Shown here: positions 24,586-37,608 of the stretch, one piece after another
Layout of the letters: the number at the start of each line of letters is the position of its first letter
Position numbering within the stretch: the first letter of the stretch is position 1
NCBI GenBank assembly: GCA_043228905.1
Contig: JBHGNT010000007.1
Location: forward strand, 7,130,001-7,194,000
Reading direction: 5' to 3'
DNA length: 64,000 bases
Origin: Azolla caroliniana
Lineage: Eukaryota > Plantae > Polypodiophyta
Position numbers and translations under genes: made by a program
Notes under the pieces: model-generated
What the model was told of the DNA's origin: nothing
What the model saw: the letters and a program-made list of their open reading frames with translations, nothing else
The model's database searches: none

Positions 24586-27500
24586 TGTCGAGGTATTCCT
24601 CGCGGATGCGTGGAATGAGGCGGGACCTCGGGGGTCTTGTACCGAAGAGCAAGAGAGAAAGGAGAAGGGAAGAGACCCACTAGGTGCTAGCGTAGATCCA
24701 CAGGGACACGACCCTTCGACACGAAGACGCGAGCGGGAAACCAACACAGAGAGACACGAAGGTATGTATGTATATATTAACAGAGACGAACAACAAGAAG
24801 CACGAAGTCGGTTACAACCGAACAGGCCGGCGAACAGATGCCGATGCTTGTTCGTAAACGCACAGAAAGAAAGGAGTAGGTTGGAGGTGCTGCCGGAAGC
24901 ACTCGGGCATTCCTCAGAGCAGCACGAGCCTCCCGAAACCTGCACAGGAAGAAGCTATGGAGTTTGGAAGAGAGAGAAGCCTTCGGCCGACAACCCAACA
25001 GCACTTCGTCCTCTCTCACCGCGATCCCTTCCCCCCTCCTCGTCTCCCTCCTTTTATAGGCAAGGAAGGATCCATTTCCCATTAACTTCCTACATACCGA
25101 ATCTACCTACCTAGGATCTTCTATGTACAACATAAGGCGTACGTGCATGAAGAGCCGGTTCCTACGCTCCGGTGCACCGATTCCGCTTGTGGACGGTTTT
25201 CTTCACAACATCCGCCCCCACCTAACCGCGCATCCACCGGCATGCGCCAAATTGAGTTGGGACGGAGAAAACCCGTCCAGCCTTCATTCCCCGCCCGTCG
25301 GTTCTTCCTCGGTTTCGGATCGTTTGTCGTCGCGGTCCAGGTTAACCGGATCCAGCTCGTCGTCGTGACGCTTCTTGAACGCTTTGATCCGCTTCCCAGC
25401 TACCGGTATCGCCATTCTCGTGCCGTCGAGTTCCGCCAGATGGTACGTCCCGTTGTCGTTGGCGCTTTGTACCACGTAAGGCCCGAACCACCTTCTTGCG
25501 AACTTCCGTGTCGCTCGGTGCTGGTTGTCGAGGCTGCTGTCATAGACCAACACCTAGTCGCCTTCCTCGATCTTCTCTGGTCGGAGCCGGTGCGTTCGGT
25601 CGAACCGGGCTTTGTTCCTCATCCTTGCATCCCGAAGCTTTCCCGCAGCCTGCTCCACGTCCTCCGGCCTTCGCTCGAGTTGACGTATGCGCGCCGCCAA
25701 TAGTTCCTCCCGGCTCATCTCGTCTCTCCAGTCCATGGTTGCCCATGAGAAGATCGTACGTTCCATCGGCATGATCGGCCTCTGCCCAAACATGAGCTCT
25801 GCCGGCATGAATCCGGTTACCGAACTGTGCGTAGTTCGGTCAGCCCACAACGCATAAGGCAGCAGTCGCGGCCAGTTCCCGACTTGACCTCTGCATGCCC
25901 GAACTAACGCCTTGACGATCGGTCCGTGACCGCGCTCCACCTTTCCATTCACCTCCGGATTGTACGCAGTGGTAAGCGAGAGCTTGACTCCTAGTCGGTC
26001 GAACAGCTCCTCGGCCTCTTCGGCGTCCAACTCCCCGCGATCAGCCACGATCTTCCCGACGCACCCGTACCGGCATATCACATCCTCAATCAGGAACCGA
26101 CATACGGCCGCGGTCGTTTTGTTCTGAAGGGCTTGGCCTTCTACCTGGTTCGTCAGATCTTTCCGAGCCAGGACCAGATACCGCATCTGTCCTACTCCCA
26201 TCGGCATCGTCACCAAGTCTACCATCCATTTGAAGTGGATGGTCGGAGGGTACGTAGGGTGAAGCTCGTCCCGATGTCACACTACGGAGTGCATTTGACA
26301 GCTCTCGCAAGTTGTCACGAACCGATGCACGTCCCGGTACAGTCCCGGCCACCAGTACTTCCCCTTTATCTTCTCGAACGTGGCCCATGTTCCACGGTGT
26401 CTAGCCCAAGGGCTGTCGTGGTAGGCCGTTATCAGCTCCTCCTGTTCTTCCTTCATCGCCACCACCCGGAGCGGGACGCCGTTCCTCTTCTTCGGGTGCT
26501 TCCATAAGTATCCGTCCCAGAGAAAGAATCGGTATGCTTTCTTCCGGATCCGGTTGGTCTCGTCCCTTGTCCATGACACATCCGGCGTCATGGTCCTTAA
26601 GAAACCACCGATCTGCAGCCACTCGCCATCGTACTTGCTCTCGTCGAAGCCGTTAAGTGCCGGAGTGCTCGTCCCATCGGTTGTCACGTACGTTGCCTCG
26701 AAGAAGTCCACGCCGACTTCTTCGTCCTCCGAAACCATGCCGCCCTCGTCATCAAACCTCGCTCTCGAAAGCATGTCGGCCATGGCGTTGTCCTTTTCGG
26801 AAATGTGTCGTATTTCCGGGTCCAGGGACTTGATGTACGCTATCCACCTGAGCATCGCCAGGTCCGGTGTCGCGCATCCGGAAACCATGCCGAGAATTGG
26901 CAGGCAATCCGTCTCGATAATCACTTCTGTCCCGATCAGGTAGTCTTTGTCGGCCTTTACTGCCGAAACGATACCCCAGAGTTCGCGTTTAACCTGGGCG
27001 TACCCTCGTTGTCGCTCACTGAGGACCTTCGCGCCGAATCGGATCGGGAACCGAATGCCGTCCTCGTCTTCTTGGTTGACGACCCATCCGATCCCGGTCG
27101 GACTCGTATCCACCGTTATGTATACCGGGGTACCCTTCCTGTAGACAGCCTTCCGGAGCACCGGTGCTGCCGCAAGAGCTTCCTTCAGCTTCCGGACCGA
27201 TTCTGTGTGCTCGTCTCGCCACTCGAATTTTCGCCCTTTCTTCAGCAACCCATATAGCGGCTCCGCAACGTGGGCATAATGCGGGATCCATATGTGGTAG
27301 AATGCGCACGCCCCCAGGAACCTCCGAACTTCCGTAACCGAGCTACAGTCGGTCTTCATCGCGGAGATGGCTTCCACCTTTGCCGGAGATGGCTTCCGGC
27401 CATATGGTCCACATAGGTGTCCGACCACCAGGATTTCTAATTGCCCGAAGGCCGATTTCTCCCCGGAGAAGGTGAGCCTCGCATCCTCTAACCTTTGTAG

Positions 27501-30500
27501 CACCTTCTCGCAGTCGTTGATGTGTGTTGCCACGAATCGTCGGCACCCGTCCGGCCCAAGTGTCTCGTCCTTCTCTTCCACCGGGCGCCCTTTTATCGGG
27601 ATGTCGTCTAGAAATGGCATGGTGATGTCCGGGATGCAATCCCTCAGTACCTTGTTCATTGCATTCACCATGTGGGCCACCGAGTTGGTCCCTCCTTTTG
27701 GCAGGGTACACATTCGCACTAGGCCGAGGGGAGTTCGCATTGTCGTAATGTCTCTGCTCTCCACGGCTAGCTGGAACTGGTCGTACCCCGAGTACAGATC
27801 ACCGACCGAATAAATTGACCTTCCGGCGAAGGCCTCCGCGAACTCGTCTATGGTCGGTCCGATTCTTGCGTTCCGAATGGTCACTCTATTGACCGGCTGC
27901 AGGTCTTGAATGAAGCGCAATGTTCCGTTTTTCTTTCGTACGGTAAACCATCGGTTCGAGGATGGGGCACTTGACGGTTCGAGAATGCCCATATCGACTT
28001 TCTACCTCAATAGCTCCATCAACTTCGGGATGTGAGCTCTCGGTACTGGAATCGGCTTGAGATTCCACGGTACATGCGGTACCGTGAATATCACCATCGG
28101 CTCCACGATTGTCGGGTCTACGCACCCGATCTCTCCCGGTGAGAATGCGAAAGCTTTCCCGTGCCGTCCGAGCATTCTCCGAAACCGGTCTTCCTCCGCC
28201 GGCAGTAGGAACCCGCCCCCACCGATTTTGAGCTCCCGAAACGTCCCGTCGGTGAAGGTGTGTCCTATGCAGACCGGATCTCGTAAACTGGGGTCCGACG
28301 CAACCCCTCTGATTCGGGACTCGCTGCCCTCCGATAAGGGTGCCGCGACTGGCCTTACCTTTCGGTCCACAGTCTTGTACTTCGTGCTAACTCGGGCCGT
28401 CCGATCCGACCCGAGCCCCTGACTGAAGTTCGCGATGACTTCGTACATCTCTTCGGAACATACCGGTATCGTCCGGTCTTCGTTAAGGTCTTCTCCGGCT
28501 ACCTTCCTCAGCATTCCCAAGGTTTCGTCGAAGGAAACCGCCTCCACGGCTCCGCTGATTTCCTCGTCCGGGCCGAGAACTCCGCATGCTCGAAGTCGCT
28601 CCTCCTCCCTTGCCTTTTCTCGGCCAACGATGCCGACTATCATACACCCTCCGTTGTTGGAGAAGCAAATTTTTCTACCTATCGTACAAGGTTTCTTCGG
28701 TTTCGGTTCTATCGTACAGCTGTGGGGTCTTTCCCGAGTGTCCGGACTGTCTCGGCCCCACGCCTTGGCAACCCTCGCTAAAAATCCTCCCGGTTCTCGC
28801 CACCGAGGGATTCGCGGTTTCGCTCGTGGTTCGGTTGCACCGTCAGAAATTGGACCGAATGGCGCCCGTCCTGGCTTTTGACCCTCGCGTAGGCCGAACC
28901 GTTGTCCAGCACCTTGGTCTCCATCCGCGCCGCCGTGATGTATGGTTCCCCTAATATGACCGAGTGCGAGGACGTCTCCTGTACGAAGAAGTGCTGGTCA
29001 ATCTCGACGTCGCCGATCTTGACTCGCACGTTCGGGCAGGCCCCGTGCAATTCCTCGGTGGCGCGCGTCGCCGCCCGTATCTTCCACCCGTGCTTGGTGT
29101 TGATCGGCCACTTTCCCTTCTTATAGAAGTCCATGGACATCAGGTTTATTTCCGAACCGTGGTCCACCAGTGCCACCACCGGTTCCTGAACATCTCCAAT
29201 CTTTACCGGGGTCTCCGTGGTCGCTCGGGCCTAGTGCGGCCTTGCATAGTGGCTCTCCGCCCACTCATCTTCCAGCGCCATGTCGTCGATGTGCGTCGTC
29301 CGCATCTCCACCGGTCTTTCCGGTTCCGTCTCCGTCGACAGCCTCTTCCGTTTCACCAAGTCCACAATGGAGTCAAGGAACTCCTTCTTGGCGATCCCTA
29401 ACACCTCCCGTAATGACAGCTCCACTTTGCTGTCGAGGATCCGTTCTTCTAGGACCTTTCGTAGGTCCGTGGTCCTTTCTATTTCCGTCCCCAGTTGGTA
29501 TCCGCCCTTCCTGGGGTTATCTTGCGCGCTGGACCCACCGGCTTCGTTCCGTTGTTGCCCAAATCGGGTCTCGTATCGCTGTGAGGGCCCGGCCGCTCCG
29601 GCTTTCCCCACTCGTTTGTCTTCTACCAGAGCCTCGTAGTTCCGGCAGGCGGCTTCTACGAAGCCCGTCTTCTCCTCGACCGGGTCGCTCCACTCGGTTA
29701 TTTCCCGGACCCGTCTCTCAGCGCGGTTCGCTTCATCTTTCCTCAGCCGTGCGCCGGCGAGGCCTTCCAGCATTGCCGACCAGAATCCGTCTTTGCTCTC
29801 CTTTCGGGCCTCGCTGCCCCCGACCCGAATACCGGCCGACGCCGAGTAGTGGATGGCCTCCACGTGTCGGGCCGCTGCCTCTTCCATCAGTCTCTTCATA
29901 CCTCCTCGCCCGTCATTTCGGTTTAGGGCCCTTCTGGTATCGCCGGCATGCACCCGGCCTTCCCACAGGTACACCACCCGGTTCCTCAACGCCTCTACGA
30001 AATCGCCGCAGTCCTTCCGAATGTGGCCGACCTCGTCGCACCACATGCACCTGTTCCCTGCTGCCAACCGTCGGTCACGAGCCGGTTCGCCGCCTTCCCT
30101 TCGAGTATGGGCGATCTGGAGATCCTTTATCGCCCACGTCAACTCCTCCAGCGCTGCTCCTCCGGATGAGCCATTGACCATGCCGGTCGAAGCCGAACCG
30201 GGTTCGAGCCGCTCCCGGGTCTCTTCCCTTCGCCCTTGCGGTGCCAGTTCAAGCCTCCTTGCCGTGACCGAGCCCGCACTGGCCGCCCCGTTATCAGCCC
30301 ATTCTCGCCGTTTGTCGAAACGGCCACAGACTCTCTTAACCGCAACCCAGTCGGTCGTTAGCCCGTCTTCGGTTTCCAGCAAGGAGCCGACTTGATCCCA
30401 GTCCCGCTCGTCCACCGACTTGACGAACAGTAGGACCCGGCTTGTATCCAGAACGGTTTGGTCAAGCGCCGAAAGGCGCGCAAAGCGTTCCTCAAACTCC

Positions 30501-31572
30501 CGGAGGAGTGCCGACGCGTTTCTTCCCTTGCCGGGGGACTCCACCCATTCCATGAAGTCCCGTTTCGAAAGCCGGAGCGCGTTGTCCAGCCCGTATTTTT
30601 CTAGGAGTCGAACTTCGAACTCCTCCCAGGTACGGCTCTCCGCCCGCACCTCGAGCACCTCCGCATGGATGCTCGGCATCGCCACTCGAGGGAACCCGGC
30701 AAGACGCCTCTCTTCCGGAATGTCCCGCATCAGCATTTCTGCCTCGTAGGACACCAAATACTTCGTGGCATCCTTTCCGCTGAACCGGCCGATCGTACCG
30801 ACGACCGCCTCAATGGCTCTGTCGAGGGTGCCGGAGCCCTCGCGTGCGCTCAATATCCGATCCACGGCCGAAGCCATGGCCTCCGCAATATCCGACCCTT
30901 TCATCTTCTGCTCTTCTGCCGCCTCCTTCACGTCGGGTTCACCAAGACGTCGAGGTATTCCTCGCGGATGCGTGGAATGAGGCGGGACCTCGGGGGTCTT
31001 GTACCGAAGAGCAAGAGAGAAAGGAGAAGGGAAGAGACCCACTAGGTGCGAGCGTAGATCCACAGGGACACGACCCTTCGACACGAAGACGCGAGCGGGA
31101 AACCAACACAGAGAGACACGAAGGTATGTATGTATATATTAACAGAGACGAACAACAAGAAGCACGAAGTCGGTTACAACCGAACAGGCCGGCGAACAGA
31201 TGATGATGCCTGTTCGTAAACGCACAGAAAGAAAGGAGTAGGTTGGAGGTGCTGCCGGAAGCACTCGGGCATTCCTCAAAGCAGCGCGAGCCTCCCGAAA
31301 CCTACACAGGAAGAAGCTATAGAGTTTGGAAGAGAGAGAAGCCTTTGGCCGACAACCCGACAGCACTTCGTCCTCTCTCACCGCGATCCCTTCCCCCCTC
31401 CTCGTCTCCCTCCTTTTATAGGCAAGGAAGGAGCCGTTTCCCATTAACTTCCTACCTACCGAATCTACCTACCTAGGATCTTCTATGTACAACATAAGGC
31501 GTACGTGCATGAAGAGCCGGTTCCTACGCTCCGGTGCACCGATTCCGCTTGTGGACGGTTTTCTTCACGACA
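24586..31572 (-). mobile_element. full-length Ty3/gypsy element (gypsy B), inserted in the 3' LTR of gypsy A
   Basis: LTRs 24586-25210 and 30948-31572 (625 bp each), 4-bp TSD GCGT (24582-24585, 31573-31576), Trp PBS 30927-30944, PPT 25211-25223. Confidence 0.97.
25284..30904 (-). pseudogene. gypsy B gag-PR and pol (RT-RNase H-INT, no chromodomain)
   Basis: Zinc knuckle, ALVDHGSE, RT DLYSGYDQF and FLDDI, RH VDTSPTGIG and ADMLSR, INT zinc H..H..CESC and GPY motif; a few premature stops. Confidence 0.95.
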
Positions 31573-32164
31573 GCGTGCGCACCCTTTAATGTATACAATA
31601 GAGAATTGGGTACAAAGGTATATCCTAGGTAGTTAGATTCGGTAGGTAGGAAGTTAATGAGGGAAACGGCTCCCCTCTTGAAGCTATAAAAGAGAGGGAG
31701 ACGCGGGAGAGACGGGGCATTAATTTTTATTGAGGAGGACGAAGTGTTGTCGGACCGAAACCGAACGCTTCTCCTTTGTTCGTTCTCCATCGCTCTTCTC
31801 TGCAGGTTTTCGGGAGGCTCGCACTACTTCGAGGAACGCCCGTGTGCTTCCGGCAGCACCTCCATCCTATCCCCTTTCATGCGCAGACGAGCAGGCATCG
31901 ACATCTGTTCGCCGGCCTGTTCGGTTGTAATTGCTCGCGTGCTCTGTTGTTTATTTGTCATTCATTAATATACAAACATTCGTGTCTCTCTGTCTCTGTG
32001 TCCATTCGTGTCTTCTGCGTTGACAGGGCCGTGTCCTTGAGTTTCTTTGCTCATACGTAACCGAGCGTCTCTCTCTTTCTCTTTCCCCTTCTATCACCTG
32101 CTCTTTGGTTCAAGACCCCGGTGGTCCCGCCTCGTTCTCCACGCATGCACGTAGCAACACGACA

Positions 32165-32641
32165 ACGATACACGAGCGTAACGATGGATTATGGCATTCT
32201 CTATAAGCGGACATCAACCGAAGTAGCCGACCAAAGTTGAGCTTGAGGTGGCGTGTTGAGAATCAAGCTCAACCTAGTCTAGTGTGTGAACACACCCTCA
32301 AGAATGTGCACTCAAAGGTTAAAAGTCACCACTCTTATCTACACATTAACTATGTGTCATAGAATCATATTCTATGATACATAACTAATGAGTTTTCACA
32401 TTCCCCATGACCCATGAGCTTCGGAAGTTAATGAAGAGAGAGAGTGATTATATAAAGCACTCTCCTCCTACTTTGTAATTAGGTCGATTAATCTCCTTTG
32501 TAATATACATCTTCTTGAGTATTCTATTGTCTCTCCAATCTATCTTTCGTTTCTCTCTCACTCTCTCTCTCATACACACACACTTACAACACATATCTCT
32601 AGTCTATTCCACTGCACAAGAATCACCATCGATTCTTTACA
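32165..32641 (+). mobile_element. copia D 3' end (RT stub, deletion, PPT, 3' LTR 32254-32641)
   Basis: RT resumes, jumps to GTTGAGCTTGAGGTGGCG, then LTR TGTTGAG...TTTACA similar to 9997-10445. Confidence 0.85.
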
Positions 32642-35065
32642 ATTCCGATGAGGGGTCCGGCTCAGACAGCTACATTCAGTAGATGCCGATGCTACGTGGC
32701 CTTCATCGATGACTTCTCCAGGCACACTTGGATCTACCCCATGCGGCAAAAGAGCGAAGTGTTAGCACACTTCAAAAATTTTAAGAATGAAGTCAAGAAA
32801 GCCACGGGCCGACATGTACGATGCCTTCGATCGGATGGAGACAAGGAATATTTCTGGATGAGTTTATGGCGTATCTCCGAAAGGAAGGAATCCGATGAGA
32901 ATTCTCGTGCCGACACACGCCACAACAAAACAGAGTGGCTGAATGAAAGAATCGGCACATCCTCGAAGTAGCACAGGCCATGATGAATGAAAAGCACCTG
33001 CCGAAGTCGTATTGGGCAGAAGTGGCTAACATGGCCGTATACCTCATGAATCGTTGTACGACATCGGGTGTGCATGAACTTACTCCGCACGAGAAATTTT
33101 TCGGAAAGAAGCCGGGCCTATCACATGTTCGGATATTCGGAACCATTGCATACGTGCACATCCCCGACAAGAAGCGACAAAATCTTGAACCGATGTCGGA
33201 GAAATGTATCCTCGTGGGACACTTACTGGAGCAAAAGGGGTACAAGTGCTATAATCCCTCAACTCAAAAATCTCGAGTAAGTTGAGATGTCATTTTCGAC
33301 GTGTCCGCATCCTGGTACATATTAGAGACAACTTCGACTCCGATTCCGCTCGACCTAGAATCCGCCGAAATAGAGATAGAAGCCAAAGATCGACTCACAC
33401 ACATGTTTGAAGAAAGCCCGATTACGACAAGGCTTAGTGGGCCACAAGAGCCTCCGAGCGATCAAAGCACATCTCGATCGAGTTCGAAGTTGGATAAAGG
33501 GAAGGCGAAAATGCCGGAGTATGAAGATGATCACTTTGACAGCAACGAATTGACTTACTCCCTCGATAGTGGGTTGGAAGGCCTTGACATCCGGACAAAT
33601 GGAGCGAAGAAAGCCTTAGTATCTGCAAACGAGAAGCTCCATCGATCCACCCGTGAAAAGAACCTCGTAAGCCGATTCGGCAACAACGATTATATGGAAT
33701 ACCATTACGCCTTTATGATGAAGGTCGCGACAGTACGAGAGTCAGAAACGTTTTCCGAAGCTACAAAGGACCCCAGATGGGTTGAAGCGATGAATGAGGA
33801 GATGCAAACACTCTCCAAAAACAAGACATGGGATCTTGTCCCCCATTCACCGCACAAGAAGGCGATCGGCTGTAGATGGATCTACAGGGTGAAGTATAAC
33901 GCCGACGGCTCCGTAAACCGCTACAAAGCTCGACTCGTAGCAAAAGGATACGCATGGACGCATGGAGTTGACTACGAAGAGACATTTTCCATGGTGGCAA
34001 AGATGACGATTGTGCGGACCGTGATCACACTCGCAGCGACGAAAGGGTGGCACCTCCACCAAATGGATGTCAAGAATGCCTTTCTTCAAGGCCAATTAGA
34101 AGAGGAGGTGTACATGGTACAACCACCTAGTTTCGAATCCAACATTCATCCGAAAGCCGTATGCCAACTCAAGAAGCCTCTCTATGGCCTCAAGCAAGCA
34201 CCACGCGCTTGGCATTCGAAGATTACGCAATATCTTCATCAAATCAACTTTCGAAAGTCGAAATCTAACAACTCCCTCTACGTACGAAACAACTCTAGAA
34301 GCTCGATAGTCATCATTCTATACATGGATGATATGGCCATTGGAGGAGAAAGTTTAGTTGACATCAACAAGGTGAAATCCCTCCACTCCAAAAAATTCGA
34401 GATGACGACAGACATGAAGGAACTTCATTACTTCCTTGGCATCGAAGTAATTCGGATTCCGACCAGCATTATGATCTCTCAACGACACTACATTCTCAAC
34501 TTATTATACGAGTTCGGGATGACAGAGTACAAATCTGTGTCAACCCCTCTCAATTGAAACCTTAAACTAGATGCCAACTACAGCACAGACGAGTTCGAAC
34601 CAACTCAATATCGACAACTGATCGGGAACCTCATCTATCTCACGATCACGCGACCCGACCTCAACTATCCAGTCGGCCTCCTTAGCCAATTCATGCAAAC
34701 TTTGTGAGATATCCATTTCAATTGTGCTAAGCGAGTATTACGATACGTGAGCGGCACAATGGATTATAACATCCTCTACGCATTGGCCACACCAATTCGA
34801 CTCGAAGGGTACACGGATGCCGACTGGGCCGACTATAGAGTTGATTGACAATCGACCTCCGGATTTGTCTTCTCGCTCGGCAGCGGAGCAATATCTTGGA
34901 GTAGTAAGAAGCAGCCTACCGTCGCACTTTCGAGTACAAAGGCCGAATACAAGGGTGCAGTCGTAGCTGCATTTGAAGTCGTATGGGTCAAGAGGAGTTT
35001 GAAGGATCTAGGTGTTCCCATCAAGGATCTGACTCCCATTTACTGCGACAACATGAGCAATATAT
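32642..35065 (+). pseudogene. copia E integrase-RT-RNase H fragment
   Basis: FIDDFSRHTW, CLRSDG, QMDVKNAFL, YMDDM, ISWSSKKQ and YCDNMS, then an abrupt end. Confidence 0.92.
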
Positions 35066-35159
35066 GTTTATGGGTTGGGGGTGGAGCCAAGATCGGCTCC
35101 ACCCCCCTCCCAAGGGGGTTCAAATGTGAGGGGAGAGAGGGGGAGAGAGGGGGAACGGC

Positions 35160-37608
35160 CAAGTCTGCGAAGCCTGCTAGCTTGGGAAGCAACATCGACT
35201 TCCATTCCCCAAGGAGCGTAATCGGAATCAAAATCTGCTCGATGTGATCCATTCGGATGTATGGGGATCAGCACAAAACGTGAGCATCAGAGGAAGCCGT
35301 TACTTCGTAACCTTCAGTGATGACTTCACTCAACACACTTGGGCATACTTGATTGCGAAAAAGAGCGAAGTTTTCTCGTGTTTCTTGAAGGTGAAGAGCC
35401 TTGCAGAAAGGGAAACTGGGTGAAAGATCAAATGCCTAAGGTCCGATGGCAGGAATGAGTACTTCTCTAACTAGTTCTCAAGTTATCTATAGAAGGAGGG
35501 AATTCAACGCGAATTCTCGTGTAGAATACACGCTACAGCAGAATGGTGTGGCCGAGAGGAAGAATCGGACGATAGAGGAGGCGGCAAGGGCAATGCTTGA
35601 AGAGAAGCATCTCCCGAAGTTCTTTTGGGCCGAATCAATTAGAACAGCCGTCTACCTCTAGAATTGGAGATCTGCCAATGGAGAAGTGACGCCACATGAG
35701 TTGTACTTCAAAAAGACGCTGAACTTGGCACACTTGAGGGTTTTCGGTTGCATCGCGTATGTGCATGTGCCAAAGGAGAAAGGGAGGAAACTGGACACCA
35801 AAGCCGAGAAATGTATCTTGGTTGGCTACTCGGATGAACAGAAGGGTTATAAGTGTTATAACCCCCGAACCAAACAAGCTCTCATAAGTCGCGATGTTCT
35901 GTTCGACGAGTCCGCGTCGTGGTACTTGCCTTCGCCTCCAAACCCTGACAACTTCATTCCAATCTTTGATGAAGAGGTCAGCGAGGCTGAAACGCCTCGG
36001 GACGAAGGAGACATGGGAGCTCCTGAAGAGAGTCCAATCTCATTCAAGCTAAGTGGGCCGAATGAGCGACTGAGTCGGCATGACTAGTTAGACGTAGAGA
36101 CGGCGAGTAGTGGATACTCGGTCGTGCAATCCCCGTGCAGGAAGCCGAGGAGACGACTTATACATGAAGAGAAGGGAAAGAAGAAGATGCTAGAGTACGG
36201 CCCAAATAAACACGAGTCAGATTGAAGCAAATCCGGCTCCGAGAAGAATGAAGATGGACCTTCGGAAATGAAGTCTGTGTCGGCCAAGAGGGCCTCAAAA
36301 TCGGCTAATGAGCAATTATGCCGATCTACCCACCAGAAGAACCCTATGGTGTGGTTCGGATACAACGAGTACATGGCGCATCATTACGTGTATATGATGA
36401 CGCGAGTGGCGGAAGTGTGTGAGCCAGAGAGCGGCGAAGGACGCAACTTGGCGTGCCACAATGGAGGAAGAGATGCACGTATTCAACTGCGACAACCTTA
36501 GCAACATCCAACTTGCGAAGAACCCCGTCTTCCACACCCGGACCAAGCACATTGAGGTGCATTACCATTTTTTCCACGAGTGTGTCCTCTCTGGTGAAGT
36601 CGAACTAGCGTATGTTTCAACGGATCGGTAGACTGCCGACATTTTCACCAAGCCCCTTGGTCTCGACAAGTTGCTGCAATTCTCAGGTGCGCTTGGTTTG
36701 TCGACACCTCGATATGCCGACCTTGAGAGGGAGAAAAGACCAGGAAAGGGATCAGGAAAGGAGCGAAAGTGACTGTGAAGCCGAGTTGGATGAAGAATTC
36801 GATTTCGGGTCAGCTGAAGAAGTCGAAGGCGGAAACAAGGGCAGCAAGAGCCGGAGTCAACCAAACAAGGGGGAAATGAATCCAAGAAGGGCGAGAAGGC
36901 CAAGACCAAGACATGGTTTGATGTGGTTAAGGGCCTGAAGACTGAAGACGAATTGGAGACAGCCAATTCGGGCAAGAGCGGAAACGAATCAGAGACAGCC
37001 GATTCGGTTCAAATGTTTGATTCGGAGACGTCAAATCAACTGAAGGCCAAGCGGAGGAAAGGGCAGTGGAAGAGGCGCCCACACTGTGACAACAAGGGAG
37101 CTGAGAAAGGCTGCACGAGCAGACAAGTCGACCGAAAGGGTCGAGGCACACGGAATCGAACGAGTCGAGGAGCGCGAGCGAGGCGTGAAGCCAGGAGAAG
37201 CCGGAACGAAGATCCGGAAGAGCAAGTGGAAAATCAAGTTGAGCTTGAGGGGGAGTGTTGAGATACAAGCTCAACATTGGGTGCGTAAACCGGGAGGCCG
37301 TTGGATAGATATTCCACGGAGGAATATATTTTGGGAGTTAGTGTAGGGGCTCATTGATGAGCATTGAAGTACGTGTCAATACTTCTGTCAGTTCGTATGG
37401 ACTTGTATAAAAGTGCTCTTTGAGCACATCCTATGTACAGAGTTTTAGAGTATTATTTTGGAATAGAGTTTTTTGTGTTCTGCTCTCTCTGTCTCTCATG
37501 TGTACACTGTGTTGATTAACCTCTCCATTAAACCTTCCTCATCCTCTTTGTCTTTTGTATGTTGTTACCCGGCTGTGTCTATTAAGCTTCCACGCATATT
37601 CTTTTACA
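35160..37608 (+). mobile_element. copia G 3' portion (INT, RT deleted, RH end, tail, PPT, LTR 37256-37608)
   Basis: VCEAC, QNGVAERKNR; RT start EEEMH joined to CDNLSNIQLA at ~36480; PPT GAGGGGGAG; LTR TGTTGAG...TTTTACA. Confidence 0.9.

Larger units (their letters stand above)
13975..32164 (+). mobile_element. Ty3/gypsy non-chromovirus LTR retrotransposon (gypsy A) containing nested copia C and gypsy B
   Basis: 4-bp TSD ACGA (13971-13974, 32165-32168). 5' LTR 13975-14632; 3' LTR split into 24519-24585 and 31577-32164. PBS 14637-14654, PPT 24506-24518. gag-PR-(RT/RH deleted)-INT. Confidence 0.95.

Noticed and set aside
15404-30177. Long Pro/Arg/Ser-rich alternative-frame ORFs (e.g. 15404-16345, 29170-30177)
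   Set aside because: Shadow ORFs of GC-rich gag-pol with no recognisable domains.
9997-32641. LTRs 9997-10445 and 32254-32641 as the two ends of one element
   Set aside because: Flanks differ (ATTGA vs ATTCC) and lengths differ (449 vs 388 bp) with many indels; more likely two related elements.
35077-35095. Resemblance of GGGGGTGGAGCCAAGAT to the mammalian L1 5' end
   Set aside because: Too short, diverges immediately and is explained by the local palindrome; no other sign of contamination.
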